Assembly (NCBI GenBank): GCA_964016885.1
Contig: OZ024742.1
Span: forward strand, 354,702,001 to 354,766,000
From: Eledone cirrhosa
Lineage: Eukaryota
Direction: 5' to 3'
Length of the DNA stretch: 64,000 nt
Shown: one piece after another, positions 1 through 14,145 of the stretch
How positions within the stretch are numbered: position 1 is the stretch's first letter
Layout of the letters: each line of letters begins with the position of its first letter
Position numbers and translations under genes: made by a program
Notes under the pieces: model-generated
Told to the model about the DNA's origin: nothing
Database searches by the model: none
The model's input: the letters and a program-made list of their open reading frames with translations, nothing else

Positions 1-2945
1 ATGGTAGAATAGTAGTAATAGAACTTTAATTTAGGGGTAGAGGAAAGCAGATTTCAGTTTTTAATGGAAAGAGTATGATGAATGAAAAGATTATTTTAGG
101 GATGAAAATAGGTCAAGTCGGTAAAAGGTACACGAAAAATTGATCTTATAAAAGAATAATGCTAATGTAAATATCTAAGGAAATAACATTTTACCATAAA
201 TGTGTTAGTGAAAAATATCAATCTTATTTAAAATATAGGGAATTTACATCTATAAAAAGAAAAGAAATTAATTAAATTGATAGGTATATTTATATTGATA
301 AATTTATATTAATTCATATAGATATCACAAATAAGAGTTAGATGTAATTGAAGAGTGCTGTTAAAAGCGAAGGGAAAATAAAAAAAATACTAATAATAAT
401 TATTGGGGGGGGGGGGATTTATTAGTGAGAAATAACAAATTTATATAGATTATAAGGAATATAGAATCATAACCTGACATTAAACTAGTTTATATGTATA
501 CGTATTGGTATACATTTTAGGAAAAGATAGCTGTAACAGGGAAATAAATTATGCAGTTCATTAGTAGTAGAATATTAATTATAGGTTAACTAATTTAACA
601 AAAAAAAAAAAAAAAAAAAGTGTTATTATAATAATTTCTAAAGTGTATATTAATTAGGTTTATAATATTTAAAAGTTATTCTCGATTTATGATTACATGA
701 TATAATTAATTCCTGTCGTTTATTTAATAGGATATCCTTAGATTTCATTATTTCAAAAAGTTCCTGGGAACATAATCCACATTCATATCTATTATTTTGA
801 TCAGGGGGGGGGGGGGGGCTTTTGAGCACACTCCAGGTCAGGTCATAATCTATATTCCTTTTTCTATAATTATTAATTATTTCAGCTAAAGATGTTTTAA
901 TAGCTAATGCGGCATTTTTAAAACTGTGTTTGTGGGTATTAAATCTTACTTTAAATTGGTTAGAAGTAGCTCCTATATATGAATAAGTTGAGTCCTTAGT
1001 GTTAATTTTACATTTATATACTATGTTATTAATAAGGCAATTTCATATTAATGGGCAATTTGCTTTGTTTCTACAGTTACAACCTCGTGAATGCTGTATC
1101 AGAGGAGATAGTCAAATTAGGTGTGGAATTTTCACGACTTGTTGTATGTGAATGAGATGTTGGTTTGCTGTGGTTTATTTTAGTATTATGGTTAGTTTGT
1201 TGTATTGGTGGTATATTCATGTTTTTCTTACATGTATATGCATTATAGGCACTTATATTTTGTTGTATATTTTTGGTTGTTGAGTAGGAGAATTTAACTG
1301 TTGATCTATTTAACATTTGATGGTATTTGTGGTTTGGCGGGAAGTTTTTCTCTAGGATAGTAAAAAATTGTTTAGGTATATTATCTTTAATTTGTAGATT
1401 AAATGGAGCATTATACCAAGGAACTCGTCTATTACGGTTTCGATGTTTTTTTATTATTTTTATAGGATGTATCCTGATGTTTATTAAGAGAATTATTGTT
1501 AATGAATTTATTACACATATTTTTAGTTAGATTCATTGATTTAGGGGTTTTAGCCTGTTTATTAGGAATTTTATTATTAACATATATTGGAGTATTAGGA
1601 TGAATAGTTTTTTGAAAGTTACTATATTGTATATTAGAAGAGTTAGAGAAATTAAGTCTATGTTTGTATTTTTGGGTATAGTGTGACTGGCATTTAGGTG
1701 TGTATATTTCATTTGGTGTTTGTTGGTAATATTGGGTTGTATGTTTGTAGTGTTATTGGTACAAGGTATATATACTAATTTGTTTTTGTGGCCACTTCTA
1801 GCTAAAGCTTCGTTATAAAAGGTCGCATTTTTATCAAATACATCCTGGTTAGACGAAAGGTTAGAAATTCTGAGTGAGATATTATATGCTAGGTTTTTAA
1901 GGATAGATTTAGGGTGATTAGATTGTGAGTGTATGTAATGTAAGTTTTGGTTAGGTTTATGGTAAGGTTGGTAGATACCCGTAGTTAAGTCTAATGTTAT
2001 ATCAAGGAAATTAACTACTTTACTTGTGTTTTCAAATGTAATATCTAGACTATAATAATCTTTGAGGAAAGTTCTAATAAATTTATTATTTTTTTCAATT
2101 TCTGATAGGCTAAGCTTATTGGAAAGAAGAAGACAGTCGTCACGATATAAACCACCTATAAGGTGGGGAAAAGATGCATTTATGTTAAATAGAAGAAAGA
2201 GGCCCACAAGATCGGTAATTTGGGCAGAATCAGTTGAGCCCATAGTAATGTCGAATAGATTACTATATGTGTTTCTGGTCCAGTATTCTTTTTGAAATTC
2301 CAGTAGTGTTTGTCTAGCATGTGTGATAATATTAATGTCATCCATAGTTAAGTTTGATCTATTTTTGTCAAATATCAAGGCTTTGTTCAGGAGTATAGGT
2401 GATATAGAGGAATAATAAGTATCTATATCGAATTGTAGAAATGAAGCAGAAGATTTATTTCTAATATTATTAAACCAGTTAATTACTTGGAATGTGTTTT
2501 CCCAGAGTTGTAAATTAACATGTTTTCTTACTTGTGGGATGACTCTATCTAAAAATGTTTTACTAATGATGCCAATATCAGATTTGGAAGGGCACATAAG
2601 CCTTATAGAAGGATTAGAGTTAAAGTTAGATTTGTGATCTTTCAGGTTAAAATGTGGTTTTTTCAGTGCCAAAGGTTCAGTTCTATCTTCAATATTAAGT
2701 CTATTTACTATGTTGTGTGTTTTGTTGTTGATGTTGGTAAGTGCCACATTGTTTGTTTTTTTATAATTTTTCCTGAGTTCTTTATATATGAACTCATTGT
2801 AATTATCAATATCCATGTGATACAGGTTTCCAGTTTTGTCAGAGTGGACATGGATTGTGTTAGATATTTTTAGATCCAATAGGGTAGAATCAAGATCCCT
2901 TTGAAAATTAGATTTATACTTCTTAAATTTGAGGTGTTTGATTAA
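1..2945 (-). mobile_element. Penelope-like retroelement (Nematis-like), degenerate; 3' UTR runs off the window start
   Basis: ORF 1533..2879 has PLE RT motifs (DKTGNLY, NPSIRLMCPSKSDIG, QFDIDTYY, MGSTDSAQITDLVGL, GLYRDD, NFLDITLDL, PYHKPN, SNHP). Broken frames at ~690-1080 give CNCRNKANCPL...YIGATSNQFKVRFNTHKHSF...CGLC..E (GIY-YIG/CCHH). Confidence 0.9.
1533..2879 (-). pseudogene. PLE reverse transcriptase (frameshifted before the endonuclease)
   Basis: 448-aa ORF with YRDD catalytic motif and PLE thumb motifs. Confidence 0.85.
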
Positions 2946-2974
2946 GTTATATATATATATTCATGTATATATAC

Positions 2975-3192
2975 CAGGAAAGGAGGGCTGAAAATATAGT
3001 GCTTTGATCGCTGTTACAAAGGCCTTGTCAAAGGCCAAACTTTCAAGTTCTTTTTACATGGCTTAGAAATACTGAAGTACCACTGCAATAAGTGTGTAAA
3101 TCCTAGTGGTTAACATGTTGAATAAAATCATTATTAACTGATCCTCCTGTATTTGCTTTTACCAACCGACATGAAATTTTCACACTCGTGTA
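2975..3192 (+). mobile_element. mariner-family transposon 3' remnant
   Basis: 3057-3125 translates HGLEILKYHCNKCVNPSG*HVE*, matching the mariner C-terminus (G...L..RW.KC....G.Y.E). Confidence 0.55.
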
Positions 3193-3269
3193 AATATATA
3201 TATATACACACACATCCACACTGACACCGCCTATATTTGTTTGTATATATATATATATATGTATATATA

Positions 3270-3372
<103 letters not shown>

Positions 3373-3607
3373 CAGGTAAAATTCCCCGAGATCTCCATGT
3401 TTCTATTCAATGGCTGATACTACCTTACTGGATCAACTCAAATAAAGGAGTTAGTTGACCCATAAATGGGGCCCTAACACATACTACTGCTCCGGGCATG
3501 AGGAAACCTTTAAGTGAAAACAACTAAGGTGTAACTACACTTTGCCCACATCTATTGAACCGTACTGGAGCCTTTGTACTGGACACAATTTAATGTCAAA
3601 CCCATGA

Positions 3608-3785
<178 letters not shown>

Positions 3786-4746
3786 ACATACGCTTATCAC
3801 GATGATTTATCGAACGAATTTTCCTAGCAGCTGTAGTTAACGAACAGATTTACATTGAAAGATGTTCTGTCAATTTTTATCCAACATGATATGGAAAAAA
3901 AAGCATTTATGACGGTAGTATTGCCAAGGTAGACATATTTACATTGAAGTTTGTATCAGGAGATATCGACCAACATCTAATAATTCCGTGTACAGGAATA
4001 TATTTCAAATTTCGATACCGATGCTAGCTATTTCACTTCAACTATGTTCATATTATTCTTGGCGAAATGTTGAATCCACTAACATTATTGAAATAGTTTG
4101 CTTAGAAGAACGACAGAAAAAGAATGGTAATATTTTATGTTTCTCATCTAAGAAGGTAGCAAAGAAAAAATAACGAATAGAAAAACAATGATAGCACACA
4201 CTTTGGTGTTAAACCGAATAAACAGGAGCTTGTATGCTGCTTTGTTTTGTTTTGAGAAAAAAAAAAAAAAACGATGAAATCTTTAAGCAGAAAACAACAC
4301 AAATAAAATAAATCATATCCATTGATATTAACATCAAAATTAACGGAAGCAACAATAACAGCAACAACATCAATGTATACGAAAGTGACGACGTGAAGAC
4401 AGGCGAGATATCAATAGAAAACAGCTTATTATATATCCCTATTTATATCCCATATTTATCGATAAAACTGCCAAGTAGCAATCCCTTTGGTAATTCTGAG
4501 CAAAAAATACATAATACAGTAATCCTTTTTCGCGAAGATTTCTTCTTAAATGGTTTAAAAGAAAATGATAAAAAGTAATATATTTCTAAAACCAGATCAA
4601 TGAAACGCTTCATCCAATATATTTTCCGTATATTTAGTTTTAAAATATCGAATTTCAAACGAATGATTTTCTTTAGAAATAAAATGTAAGACTAAATATA
4701 AATTAATATAAAATAGTGGAGATGTATTTGTTTTGCGGATGAAAAC

Positions 4747-4804
4747 TAGTTATACTTACTGAAGATGTCACAGAAATGTGTGACGAAAGAACTTATTGTA
4801 ATTA
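4747..4804 (+). ncRNA. degenerate minimal type I hammerhead motif
   Basis: CTGAAGA 4759-65, stem II gtcaca/tgtgac, GAAA 4785-88. Stem I is eroded. Same family as 13077-13121. Confidence 0.45.
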
Positions 4805-6627
4805 TGTTTTTAACTAATGGTCAATAAAAGACAAACATTGAGTGCCAGCTAATTTATTTATGAAAATATACTGAAGCAAAAAACCAATCCAAACCAAAGA
4901 GTGAGTGTATTTTACTATGTTTCGGCAATAGTAAGTCAACGTGACATTCCTCAAATATAACAATATAATACAAAATAATCACAGAAATGGAAAATATTTC
5001 GCGCAAGAATACAAAATCTAAATCACCCATGGCAGACGTGTTCAGATACTGCTAGATCAGCTGATGGAGTCACATTAATTTAGATATTATGTCTCGAGTC
5101 TATATCTAGATAAAAATATGCACGTAAATACAATTAAATAAGTAAGTGATGATGTTCTCTCTCTTTCTTTCACTGCCTTCGTCTATCTCACTCTCCCCAT
5201 CTCTCACTATTATAGGCAAATGGGGACCAGTGCGCTAACCACCTCACGTGCCCGGTGGACCGAATAGAGAAGGTGTTTCCCTGGAGGATATTGAGGAATA
5301 GGTGTTGGAAGAGTTATTCCGGCTCACGAGGCTCGCACCTGCGAGTAGCCAACTCCGTGTCATGGTGGACAGTAATTATGTGGTCCTATGGCCAAAGACA
5401 CCTGACGTCTCCACTGCTAGATATTGTCGAAAAACTTTACAATCATCGTTGTCTCCCTAGATGTATATAATTATCTTAATACGGATATATTTTGGAGGGA
5501 CATGTCTACCTTGGATTGGTGAGGAAAATGTTCGCTTCATGGATTCGTTTACGTCAGTAAAGATGTATGTTAATCATTTCTAAATTTTTCAATATTAATT
5601 TTGTGGGGATCTACACAGCAGGTCTAATCTGCCACATTATATTAATGGCAATTATACTACAACTTCTAAGAAATTATGAGTTAAGAAAATAGTGATTTAC
5701 AGTTTTAAAATAAAAGGCGAAAACTGAATAATATAATACATTAGTTAACCAATTGAATACACCTTTCAAACTAAACAACCTGTTTATACTCTTAATATTA
5801 GATGGATTAATTTGAATGGCAATAGAATGGCAGAATTCGTATACATCTTCATTATATTGTTTACATTGTTGAATTATATCCCACAAATTCTGTTGTTTCC
5901 ATCTGAAGATAAGTATATAGTTATCAGTAATACACTAATCCGATTTAGTTGAGTATACTTACTCGTAAGTAGAATATGTAGGACATCAATAATAATGAAC
6001 GCCATAGAATGCTCGGCTTGGTAACAAAAAACTGTTAAAATATTTCAATAACCAATGCAAGTCACTCAATATCCAGTTGAACTAGGAATCTAGTAGTTTA
6101 TTAAACAGAAAATTGAGCATTGCTTTCTATGTAGTTTTATTGTTCAATATATAATTTAGAATGTTTTAAACTTCATAAAATCATCGATAAATTTATAAAG
6201 ATTATGGTCACTTTGTGCAAACAGAATTTTACGAAAATTATTAACAACCTCATCATAAGAGTTTAGAGTAATTCTCTCAAACACATTTTCTGATAGTTTA
6301 TCAGTAGAACACCTGAATTCAGATGATTTTCGTTTCCTAAATAACCTGGAGGGAATTAGAACAGACGTGGGATTATTTGAAATAGATTCGCATCCTGTCC
6401 ACAGGCAATTTCTCTCTGAATATGAGAGGAATTAAATATAGAACAAATACAGAGCTTCAGTGGATATTAAGGATATTTGCTTTACAGGCATTCGTTAAGA
6501 CAAAGATACAAAACAATGACCATATATAGAGTGGCATGAGTGACGGATTAGTACAACTGTATAAGCAACAGTTTGGTGGGACAGGAGCTGAGCGAACGTA
6601 ATTATTGACTGATTAGATTAGCACAAC

Positions 6628-6700
6628 ATAATTGTTTCTACTTTTAAGCACAAGGCCAGCAATTACCCAGTGCATTACTTGTACTTTATTTTACTGACCA
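6628..6700 (-). mobile_element. SINE 3' fragment (family of 12389-12603)
   Basis: Reverse complement of the aaataaagtac...ctggccttgtgc...agaaac tail. Confidence 0.6.
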
Positions 6701-7769
6701 AAATAATGAGATGACCAACATAATGAAATGAGTTGAAGTTCTACGCAAAGCATTTATGGACAGAAACTGTTCCATAACAGGATTTACAGGAAATTACTTT
6801 CATAAGGCAGAAATTAAACAACTTGATAGTGGTAGATGAGTTGGGATATTGGTCACAGGTGAGATATTGAATCGGTCTCTCTTAAACTAATATATATTTA
6901 AGGGGTGCAGGGACTGCTTTTATTGTAATATGCATTGACATTCCTGAGGAGCATTGGAGAGGGAAAAGATAGAGATGTTGGAAAGAGCATGAGAGACGGA
7001 AAAAGACAGTGATGGAAAGAGAGACGAAGAGAGAAATGGAGAAAAAGGCGGAGAGAGATGGTGTGAGAGATAGAAAGATAGAGGGAGTGAATTAGTCGAG
7101 GATGGAGAGATAGATAGAGATAGAGAGAGTGAGACAGGGAGATGGAAAGACGGATAAATTAAGTCATTAAGACGAATCTGAGATATTCAAGCTGTATATG
7201 GTGGCGCTAGGGCAGCTGAGTTTGTAGCCGATTTAATATCAAGTAGAAGAGAATTATTGGTTGATGAATTCCATGCTAGTGAGATGAGTGACTGAAAACT
7301 TGGTTATTTGGAGCGGCATACAATACATTAAGAAAAGACGTCGGAATATAGAGTGCAACCTGAACAAACATAGATCTGCTTAGTATATAAGAACCATATG
7401 AGAGTAAATGTAGTTATTTTAATGTGGATGTCTGATGATTTTAAGCCCTGCTTAATCAGAGCAGTGATGAAATGTTTCAGTCAGGATCGCCCCATCTTAT
7501 TCTTAGGCATTGTATTGAGATCTACATTATCCGTTGTATCTTTCCTTTTTAGTAAGATGGAAGGCTATGATTTAAAGTTTGTTTGACATTTATTTGGTAC
7601 ACATCTAAACGGAATCCTTGACGATGCTGTACGCTCTGAATTCAACTTTACTTTCATCCTTTAGATGAGGATGAAAAGTGTCAACCCAATACCAGGATTT
7701 ATTATTCCTGTATATTCTCAAATTATTTCTATCCCTCCTCTGTTTCTCTCTTTCTCTGTAAGAAATCGC

Positions 7770-7865
7770 CTGAGATCCGATCTGGTGGAGCGGTAGTCAC
7801 CGTCAGATATCACATGCCCAAGGAACGTTGTTTTGCATTAAGGTGACCCTCTACGACATCTTGAA
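7770..7865 (-). mobile_element. possible Ty3/gypsy RT remnant
   Basis: Minus frame reads TTFLGHVISDG followed by a shifted PDRISG, resembling gypsy RT FLGH.IS..G..PD. Confidence 0.35.
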
Positions 7866-8598
7866 ATATTCCGGCTCCCTACATACAAACATTAACCATT
7901 AGAAACGCATTGCGTAGGCAGGGCTGTGGAATAAAAGGAAGAAGAAACATACAAGAACCTCTGAAGAGGTAAGTGAAGTTACAGGATTCGTCGCAGTACA
8001 ATAAATATCATATCTTGATATTTTGCATTTATAACGTAGAAACAGGTATATTTCATCTTGATATAAATGTTTCCTTACGTGTGCTCTAGGTTCTGCTGCT
8101 GCATTCGATTCTATTTACTAGATTAGTAATATAGACATTCAATTATTAGAAAAGTTATATACAACTATTTTTTACGACAAAGGAATGTAAAATGAATAAT
8201 TGAAAGCTATAAACAGCATCATTTATTCTTCAGCAGCAAAGTAAACCTACGCAGACACAATTGTTGGAGTAAAATAATCCTTATTTTAATGGATAAAATA
8301 TTACACTAATGGTAACAAAACTAAAGCAAGTTATAATGATATATTTGTCATCCACCTTGGAAATACAAAAGCTGGAACAATTGTGAATATATCCTTAACA
8401 GGAAAATGTTTCCTTGAACACTTGAAATAACATTGATCCAACATACTTGAGTAGCCAGGTGGTGGAAATCATTCACCATTCTGTACCGACTTCAGTCTAA
8501 TTATGTCACTCTAAATGCTACAACGTTAAGCAAATATAGTATAGTCCACTTGTTCCAACCAAAAAAACATATATTTTCATAAATTAAACGTGTTGTCT

Positions 8599-8684
<86 letters not shown>

Positions 8685-8761
8685 TATATATACACACACA
8701 CACACACACGCGCGCGCACACACACACATACATATATATATATATGTGTATATATATCTAT

Positions 8762-9119
8762 CTAAGGCGGGTAAAATTCCCGAGATCCATGGACGAGTTC
8801 TCTCCAACGGTCTCTGTCCCTCATTATCGCTGCCATATCCTGCATCTCCAACAGACCAGTGTCTGTCCTTAGGGCATCAACATATGTTAACCTTGGTCTT
8901 CCTCTTCTAGTGTGTCCATGTAGGGGCTCCCAAAGGAGCACTGAGTGCAATGTCAACTCTGGATGTCGGTGAGCATGTCCAGCCAACCTCAGTCTCCTCT
9001 GTGTCACTTTTGAGCTGACTTTTGGGATGCTCCCATACAGCTCTGAGTTTTTCATCCTCAGTGTATACTGATTAATGTTCAGAGCCATCCTCAGCATTCT
9101 CGTGTAGCACCCATCCACC
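8762..9119 (-). mobile_element. RTE-clade LINE 3' end
   Basis: DGCYTRMLRMALNI...RRLRLAGH..RH.E...LLWEP.HG...RGRP..TYVD. The same 3' terminus recurs at 21098-21190. Confidence 0.8.
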
Positions 9120-9127
9120 ATATATAT

Positions 9128-9315
9128 AACGAAGGAAATATGGTAAGGAACCAGATGGACCATTACGCATCAAAGTACTCAATACTTAGGGTAGTAGAGT
9201 GGGTAATAGGAACGAGTAGGACCCCGACGGCTGAGATCAAGCCGTTTCGACGTCTAATTCTGGAATTAGCCGTCGAAACGGCTTGAGCTCAGCGGTCGGG
9301 TCCTACTCGTTACTA
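9128..9315 (+). repeat. foldback (long hairpin) element, copy A
   Basis: Arms ~9206-9260 / 9263-9315; homologous to 22794-22990, 38578-38785 and 63408-63600. Confidence 0.8.
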
Positions 9316-9324
9316 TATATATAT

Positions 9325-9380
<56 letters not shown>

Positions 9381-9508
9381 TTATTAGTTAAGCAAAACAA
9401 GACCACAAATTTCACAAGGAAGACATTATTAAAATATTGTCAACATATTTTAGTTTGATGTAAGGAATGTAGAGAATAATAATAATAATATTAATAATAA
9501 TAATGTCC

Positions 9509-9629
9509 GTTTACAATTGTTTCGCTCCTCCATATTATATTTCTGGATCAGATGGCTATATATCATAATTGATCCGGTTCAGTTGAAAATAATTAACATA
9601 TTTAAAAAAACAGAGAGGCTCATCGGAAC
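9509..9629 (-). ncRNA. type I hammerhead-like motif with CCGATGA core and long stem II (sister copy 12247-12366, +)
   Basis: Minus: gtt CCGATGA gcctctc...ggaggagc GAAA caattg TA aac. Confidence 0.5.
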
Positions 9630-12388
9630 TTCAAAGGAATATAAATAAAAATAATGGGATAATGTTACATAATATAATGTTCCATATATTGGTCTTTACT
9701 ATGGTGTCTTGGTTGAATCAGTTGTCAGCCATAATCAAGCAGTATTCATCTGTCGAGGCTGCATTGTGTCAGATCTGCCTATGGGTAACAAGATGGCTGC
9801 CAAAGGGCATATTTACCGTACTAATTATAGGGTGGTTTCAGGGGAAGTAACTTCTCGATAGATTAGAAATTGTGGGTGTTTATAGATAAGTGCTAATTTT
9901 TATATTTGTTTAATTGAGAGACAATGTACGGGAGGTAACTTATACTTATCTAGTTGTTCATAGTAATTTAACGTATTAGCTACAAGTAAAAATGGGGCTA
10001 CATGACTAAGTTGGGTCAAACATTCTTAACAGAAAAGCCCAGGCTTTGGTTAAGGACTTGCATCTGGATAGATTTACCCACCCTTATGTACCAACAACCC
10101 CACGGTTCTCTCTCAATGATCACAAGCCAACATTTATAGAAAACCCATCCATTAGACTCATAAGCCCAACCACATCTGACCTGGGCCGCATCAATAAGAA
10201 CATACTTGATAGGATAATCCCTGGGCTACGGGATGATACCTCCTACAAGCAATTTATGAGGTTCATCCAATTTGACATATACAGCTATTACGCGTCAATA
10301 ACCCCGGAACTGCTCAACAAATCATTAGCCCTAGCCACCACCAATTCGGACATAACCAATAATGATATTAACATCATACTTATGGCTAGGCAGACTATCA
10401 TTGAATTCAACGGAGCACTCTGGACTAGAAAAGATAGAACAGACAACTTTGACATTAGGATGGGCTTAAGTGACTCCGTGCAAATTAGCGATTTAGTTGG
10501 GATTTACCTATTACGTAACATTTGCTAAAGAAACAATTACATAGATTCTTCAAAAATAACGGTCTCTCTATCACCATCGAGCCGAACCATAAAGTAGTAA
10601 ACTTCCTAGACGTCACCCTGGAGCTCAACAATAACCTTTATAACCCTTACCATAAACCAGGTGAAATACTCACATATATTAGCCCACACTCAAACCACCT
10701 ACCGGCAATAATCAGAGCAGTAATCAAATCTACCTCCTATAGGATCTCAATGCTATCAGCAAATTAATAAGGCTCTCTCTGAATCTGGTTATAAACAATC
10801 AATTTATTACATACCTAAATGCCATAACACAGCAATTCACCATAATAAACTTAACACTAGAACTAGAAATACCTTAGCATATAGCCAGATTCGCCGGAAT
10901 TTTAGCAGTAACAGCACCTATACAGGGAACTTTAATGGTGACAGCGGCCTGCTGCCCACTCCAAGTAGCAAACTAAAAATCAACCCTAGCATTGGAATGA
11001 GAAATGTGATGACAAATAACAAACTCTAGGAAGGCCCCTACCAACTCTACTAGAACCCCTAGAAGGAATAAACCTAGAAATATCACCTGGCTCAACCCAC
11101 CATTCTCATCTAATCTAGCCACTAATATCCCTAAACGCTTCTTCTCTATCCTATCCAAACACTCCCCCCCCCAACCATAGATATTACAAACTCTTTAATA
11201 AAAATAACATTAAAATCTCATTCTCCACAACACTTAACCTAGCTAGCCACATCGCGTTCAGTAACCATCATAAACTAAGACAGTATAACTCCCACAACGC
11301 GGTACCACCACCCCTATCAAATACACCACGCCACTACACCAATAATTACTCTAGTAGCACACCTCCCCCATCTAATCCTTCTAGCACGGACCTACCGCTT
11401 AGGTTAAACAACCCTATTCTCACTAACCGCAGAAGCAACTGCATCTGCAGTTACCCCAATGCATGCCCATTAAATGGACACTGCCTGACACCCAACATAG
11501 TCTATAGGTGCACGGTTGAGACTGCATCGAATTCCAGCTCTTATATCGGGTCTACCTCTAACCCTTTTAAGGTACACTATAACGCGCACTCTTTTTCCTT
11601 CCAAGACCCTAGCAACAGATGTTCGACATCGCTAGCTAGGCTCATTAAAAACCTTAAATTAAACAACGTTCAACACTCACTAAAATGGGATATCGTGGCT
11701 AGGGCCCAACCGTTCAATGGACGAAGAACATCTTGTGATCTCTATATTACGGAAGCATATTATATAACTCTATCACGACTTCTACCGATTAAAGATAGAA
11801 CGGAGGTAACCATTAGCTGTCAACATCGAAGGGCTAATTCCTTTGCCAATAGAATTGTTGACCAAACTTAGTCATGTAGCCCCATTTTTACTTGTAGCTA
11901 ATAAGTTAAATTGCTATGAACAACTCGATAATTATAAATACCTCCCCTACATTGTCTCTCAATTAAAAAAAAATAAAAATTAACACTTAACTATAAACAC
12001 CCACAATTTCTAATCTTTCGAGAAGTTACTTCCCCTGAAACCACCCTCTAATTAGTAAGGTAAATATGCCCTTTGGCAGCCATCTTGTTACCCATGGGCA
12101 TATTTCACACAATGCAGCCTCGACAGATCAATACTGCTTGATTATGGCTGACAACTGATGCAACCAAGACACCATAGTAAAGATCAATATATGGAACATT
12201 ATATTATGTAACATTATCCCATTATTTTTATTTATATTCCTTTGAAGTTCCCATGAGCCTCTCTGTTTTTTAAATATGTTAATTATTTTCAACTGAACCA
12301 GATCAATTATGATATATAGCCATCTGATCCAGAAATATTATATGGAGTAGCGAAATAATTGTAAACGGACATTATTATTATTAATAAG

Positions 12389-12603
12389 GGCGGGGAATTG
12401 GCAGTATCGGTAGTGAGTCGAGCACCATGCTTTGCAGCATAGAGTTATGGTCCTTTACGATCTGAGTTCGAATCCCGCCGAGGTTAACTTTGCCTTTCAT
12501 CCTTACGGGGTCGATAAAATAAAGTACCAGTCACGCACTGGGGTCAATTTAATCGACTTCCCCTTCCCCCAAATTACTGGCCTTGTGCCTAGATAAGAAA
12601 CCA
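12389..12603 (+). mobile_element. tRNA-derived SINE, near full length
   Basis: A-box-like tggcagtatcgg, B-box gagttcgaatccc, body ccgaggttaactttgcctttcatcc, (TTA)n tail. Absent from the inverted sister pLTR at ~9490. Confidence 0.85.
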
Positions 12604-13076
12604 TTATTATTATTAATATTATTATTATTATTCTCTACATTCCTTACATCATACTAAAATATTTTGACAATCTTCTAATAATGTCTTCCTTGTGAAATGA
12701 GTGGTCTTGTTTTGCTTAAATAATGAATATTTCCAGCTCTGCGCACCTAACATCTGCATGAACCCAGCCAACTAGCTGCTTTCTACTGCATATTGCACAT
12801 TGAGCACATGCCTTTACGCTTTGGCTTCTAACTAACTCACCAATCTCTCCTCTCATATCTCTCTTTAAGATTGGTTACTCTTGAACTGTGTATATATATA
12901 TACACACGCACACACATATATATGTATACACACATACATATATATATATATGTTTATATATATATAATTATATAACGAAGGATGTGTGGTAAGGAACCAG
13001 ATGGAGCATAACGCACGAGAGTACACAATACATACGGTAGTTGAGTAGGTAATAGGAAAGTGTTTAACCCGCGAGC

Positions 13077-13121
13077 AGTCACTGAAGAGGTCACAGAGTG
13101 TGTGACGAAAGGACTATGACT
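13077..13121 (+). ncRNA. minimal type I hammerhead ribozyme motif
   Basis: agtca CTGAAGA g-gtcaca(gagtg)tgtgac GAAA ggac TA tgact; 5-bp stem I. Confidence 0.7.
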
Positions 13122-13281
13122 ATATATATAAACAACTATCTGGTTGTGGAACCAACCAACCAACCAGAAATTTATAAGTTTGTAGATTTGTAAATTTATA
13201 AATTTATAAATATATAATAAATTGAAGTGAAAGCAACTGGTGCGTGTGTTTCTTATTGGCAACATGACCCTCCCAAAGTAT

Positions 13282-13329
<48 letters not shown>

Positions 13330-13344
<15 letters not shown>

Positions 13345-14145
13345 TATATATATATAAGAGAGTATTGAAGTTTGCTTGAAGAATTGTGGAAGCCACGACA
13401 ATGCAGATGGGTAAATCTCCGGGTAACAAGATCCAGTGGTGGGGAGAGAGAGGTAGGTGGGTGTACGTTGAGATGCGTGTCGTGTATACGACTGTAACGT
13501 GTAGAGGAATGAAGCAAAGAGCGTAAAGGATAAAAATAAAAACATCAACACGAGAAAGAGTTACCTTTGGAGAGATTTAATTGTTCCTATGTATTTCGGA
13601 TTCACATCCATCAACTGGGTTTTTTTCCGAAGGGGAGGGTTGTCTGTTGGAAAGTTGCGAAACGTGTCCTCCGCTGTTCGTTGTTTTGAATACCTGAGTT
13701 ATTCAGCGGAGCGCGCTTGCGCGTGAAATGGGGTCGGTCAATCAGAGGTCAGTGGCCGAAGTAGTTCTTTCAATTGTGGGAGTGTGGTGGCGTTAGCTGT
13801 CAGTCCATTCTCTGCCTGTTTTGTGAATGTTACTGCGTGAGTGCGTGTGTGCGTGTGTTGTTGTCTCGCTTGAGTGTGTGTGTGTGTGAGTGTGTTGTTG
13901 CCTTGTCCCTCTGTATTGGCAGTGTAGTATGTTCGTATGGTGGAATGCTACTGTGTGCGTGCGTGTGTTGCTGTCTCGCTTGTGTGTGTGTGTGTGTGTG
14001 CGTGTGTTGCTGCATCGTTTGTTAACTTAAACCAACCACCTCATTTCGCTTCTCTCGGATTGGTTGTTTAATTGTGACCCTAGGCGTTTGATCCAAAGTG
14101 CTTCCTTGATACGTAACTTGCCGACGTTTCTTTCTGTCGCTAGTA
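13330..14145 (-). mobile_element. PLE (Penelope/Poseidon-type) endonuclease 3' end and UTR
   Basis: 14027-14145 reads ILATERNVGKLRIKEALWIKRLGSQLN, the typical GIY-YIG C-terminus (IL..E....R.I.E...I......LN). Confidence 0.6.

Larger units (their letters stand above)
9383..12890 (+). mobile_element. Penelope-like element (Nematis-like) with 5' inverted pseudo-LTR
   Basis: RT fragments 10046-10767 (NPSIRLISPTTSDLG, QFDIYSYY, NFLDVTL, PYHKP, SNH). EN at ~11430-11870 (CICSYPNACPLNGHCL...VY...YIGSTSNPFK). 9383-10015 is an inverted copy of ~11858-12722. Confidence 0.9.

Noticed and set aside
1533-2879. Selenocysteine-type (Naiad-like) PLE possibility
   Set aside because: Domain order is RT then C-terminal GIY-YIG, and the interruptions are frameshifts or mixed stops rather than TGA at conserved Cys positions.
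5200-5560. GC-richer stretch, possible gypsy RNase H/integrase remnant
   Set aside because: No motif could be read with confidence.
13583-13620. Minus-strand gatggatgtgaatccGAAAtacatag in the Penelope-type UTR
   Set aside because: Stem II and GAAA are present but CTGANGA is missing; too decayed to call.
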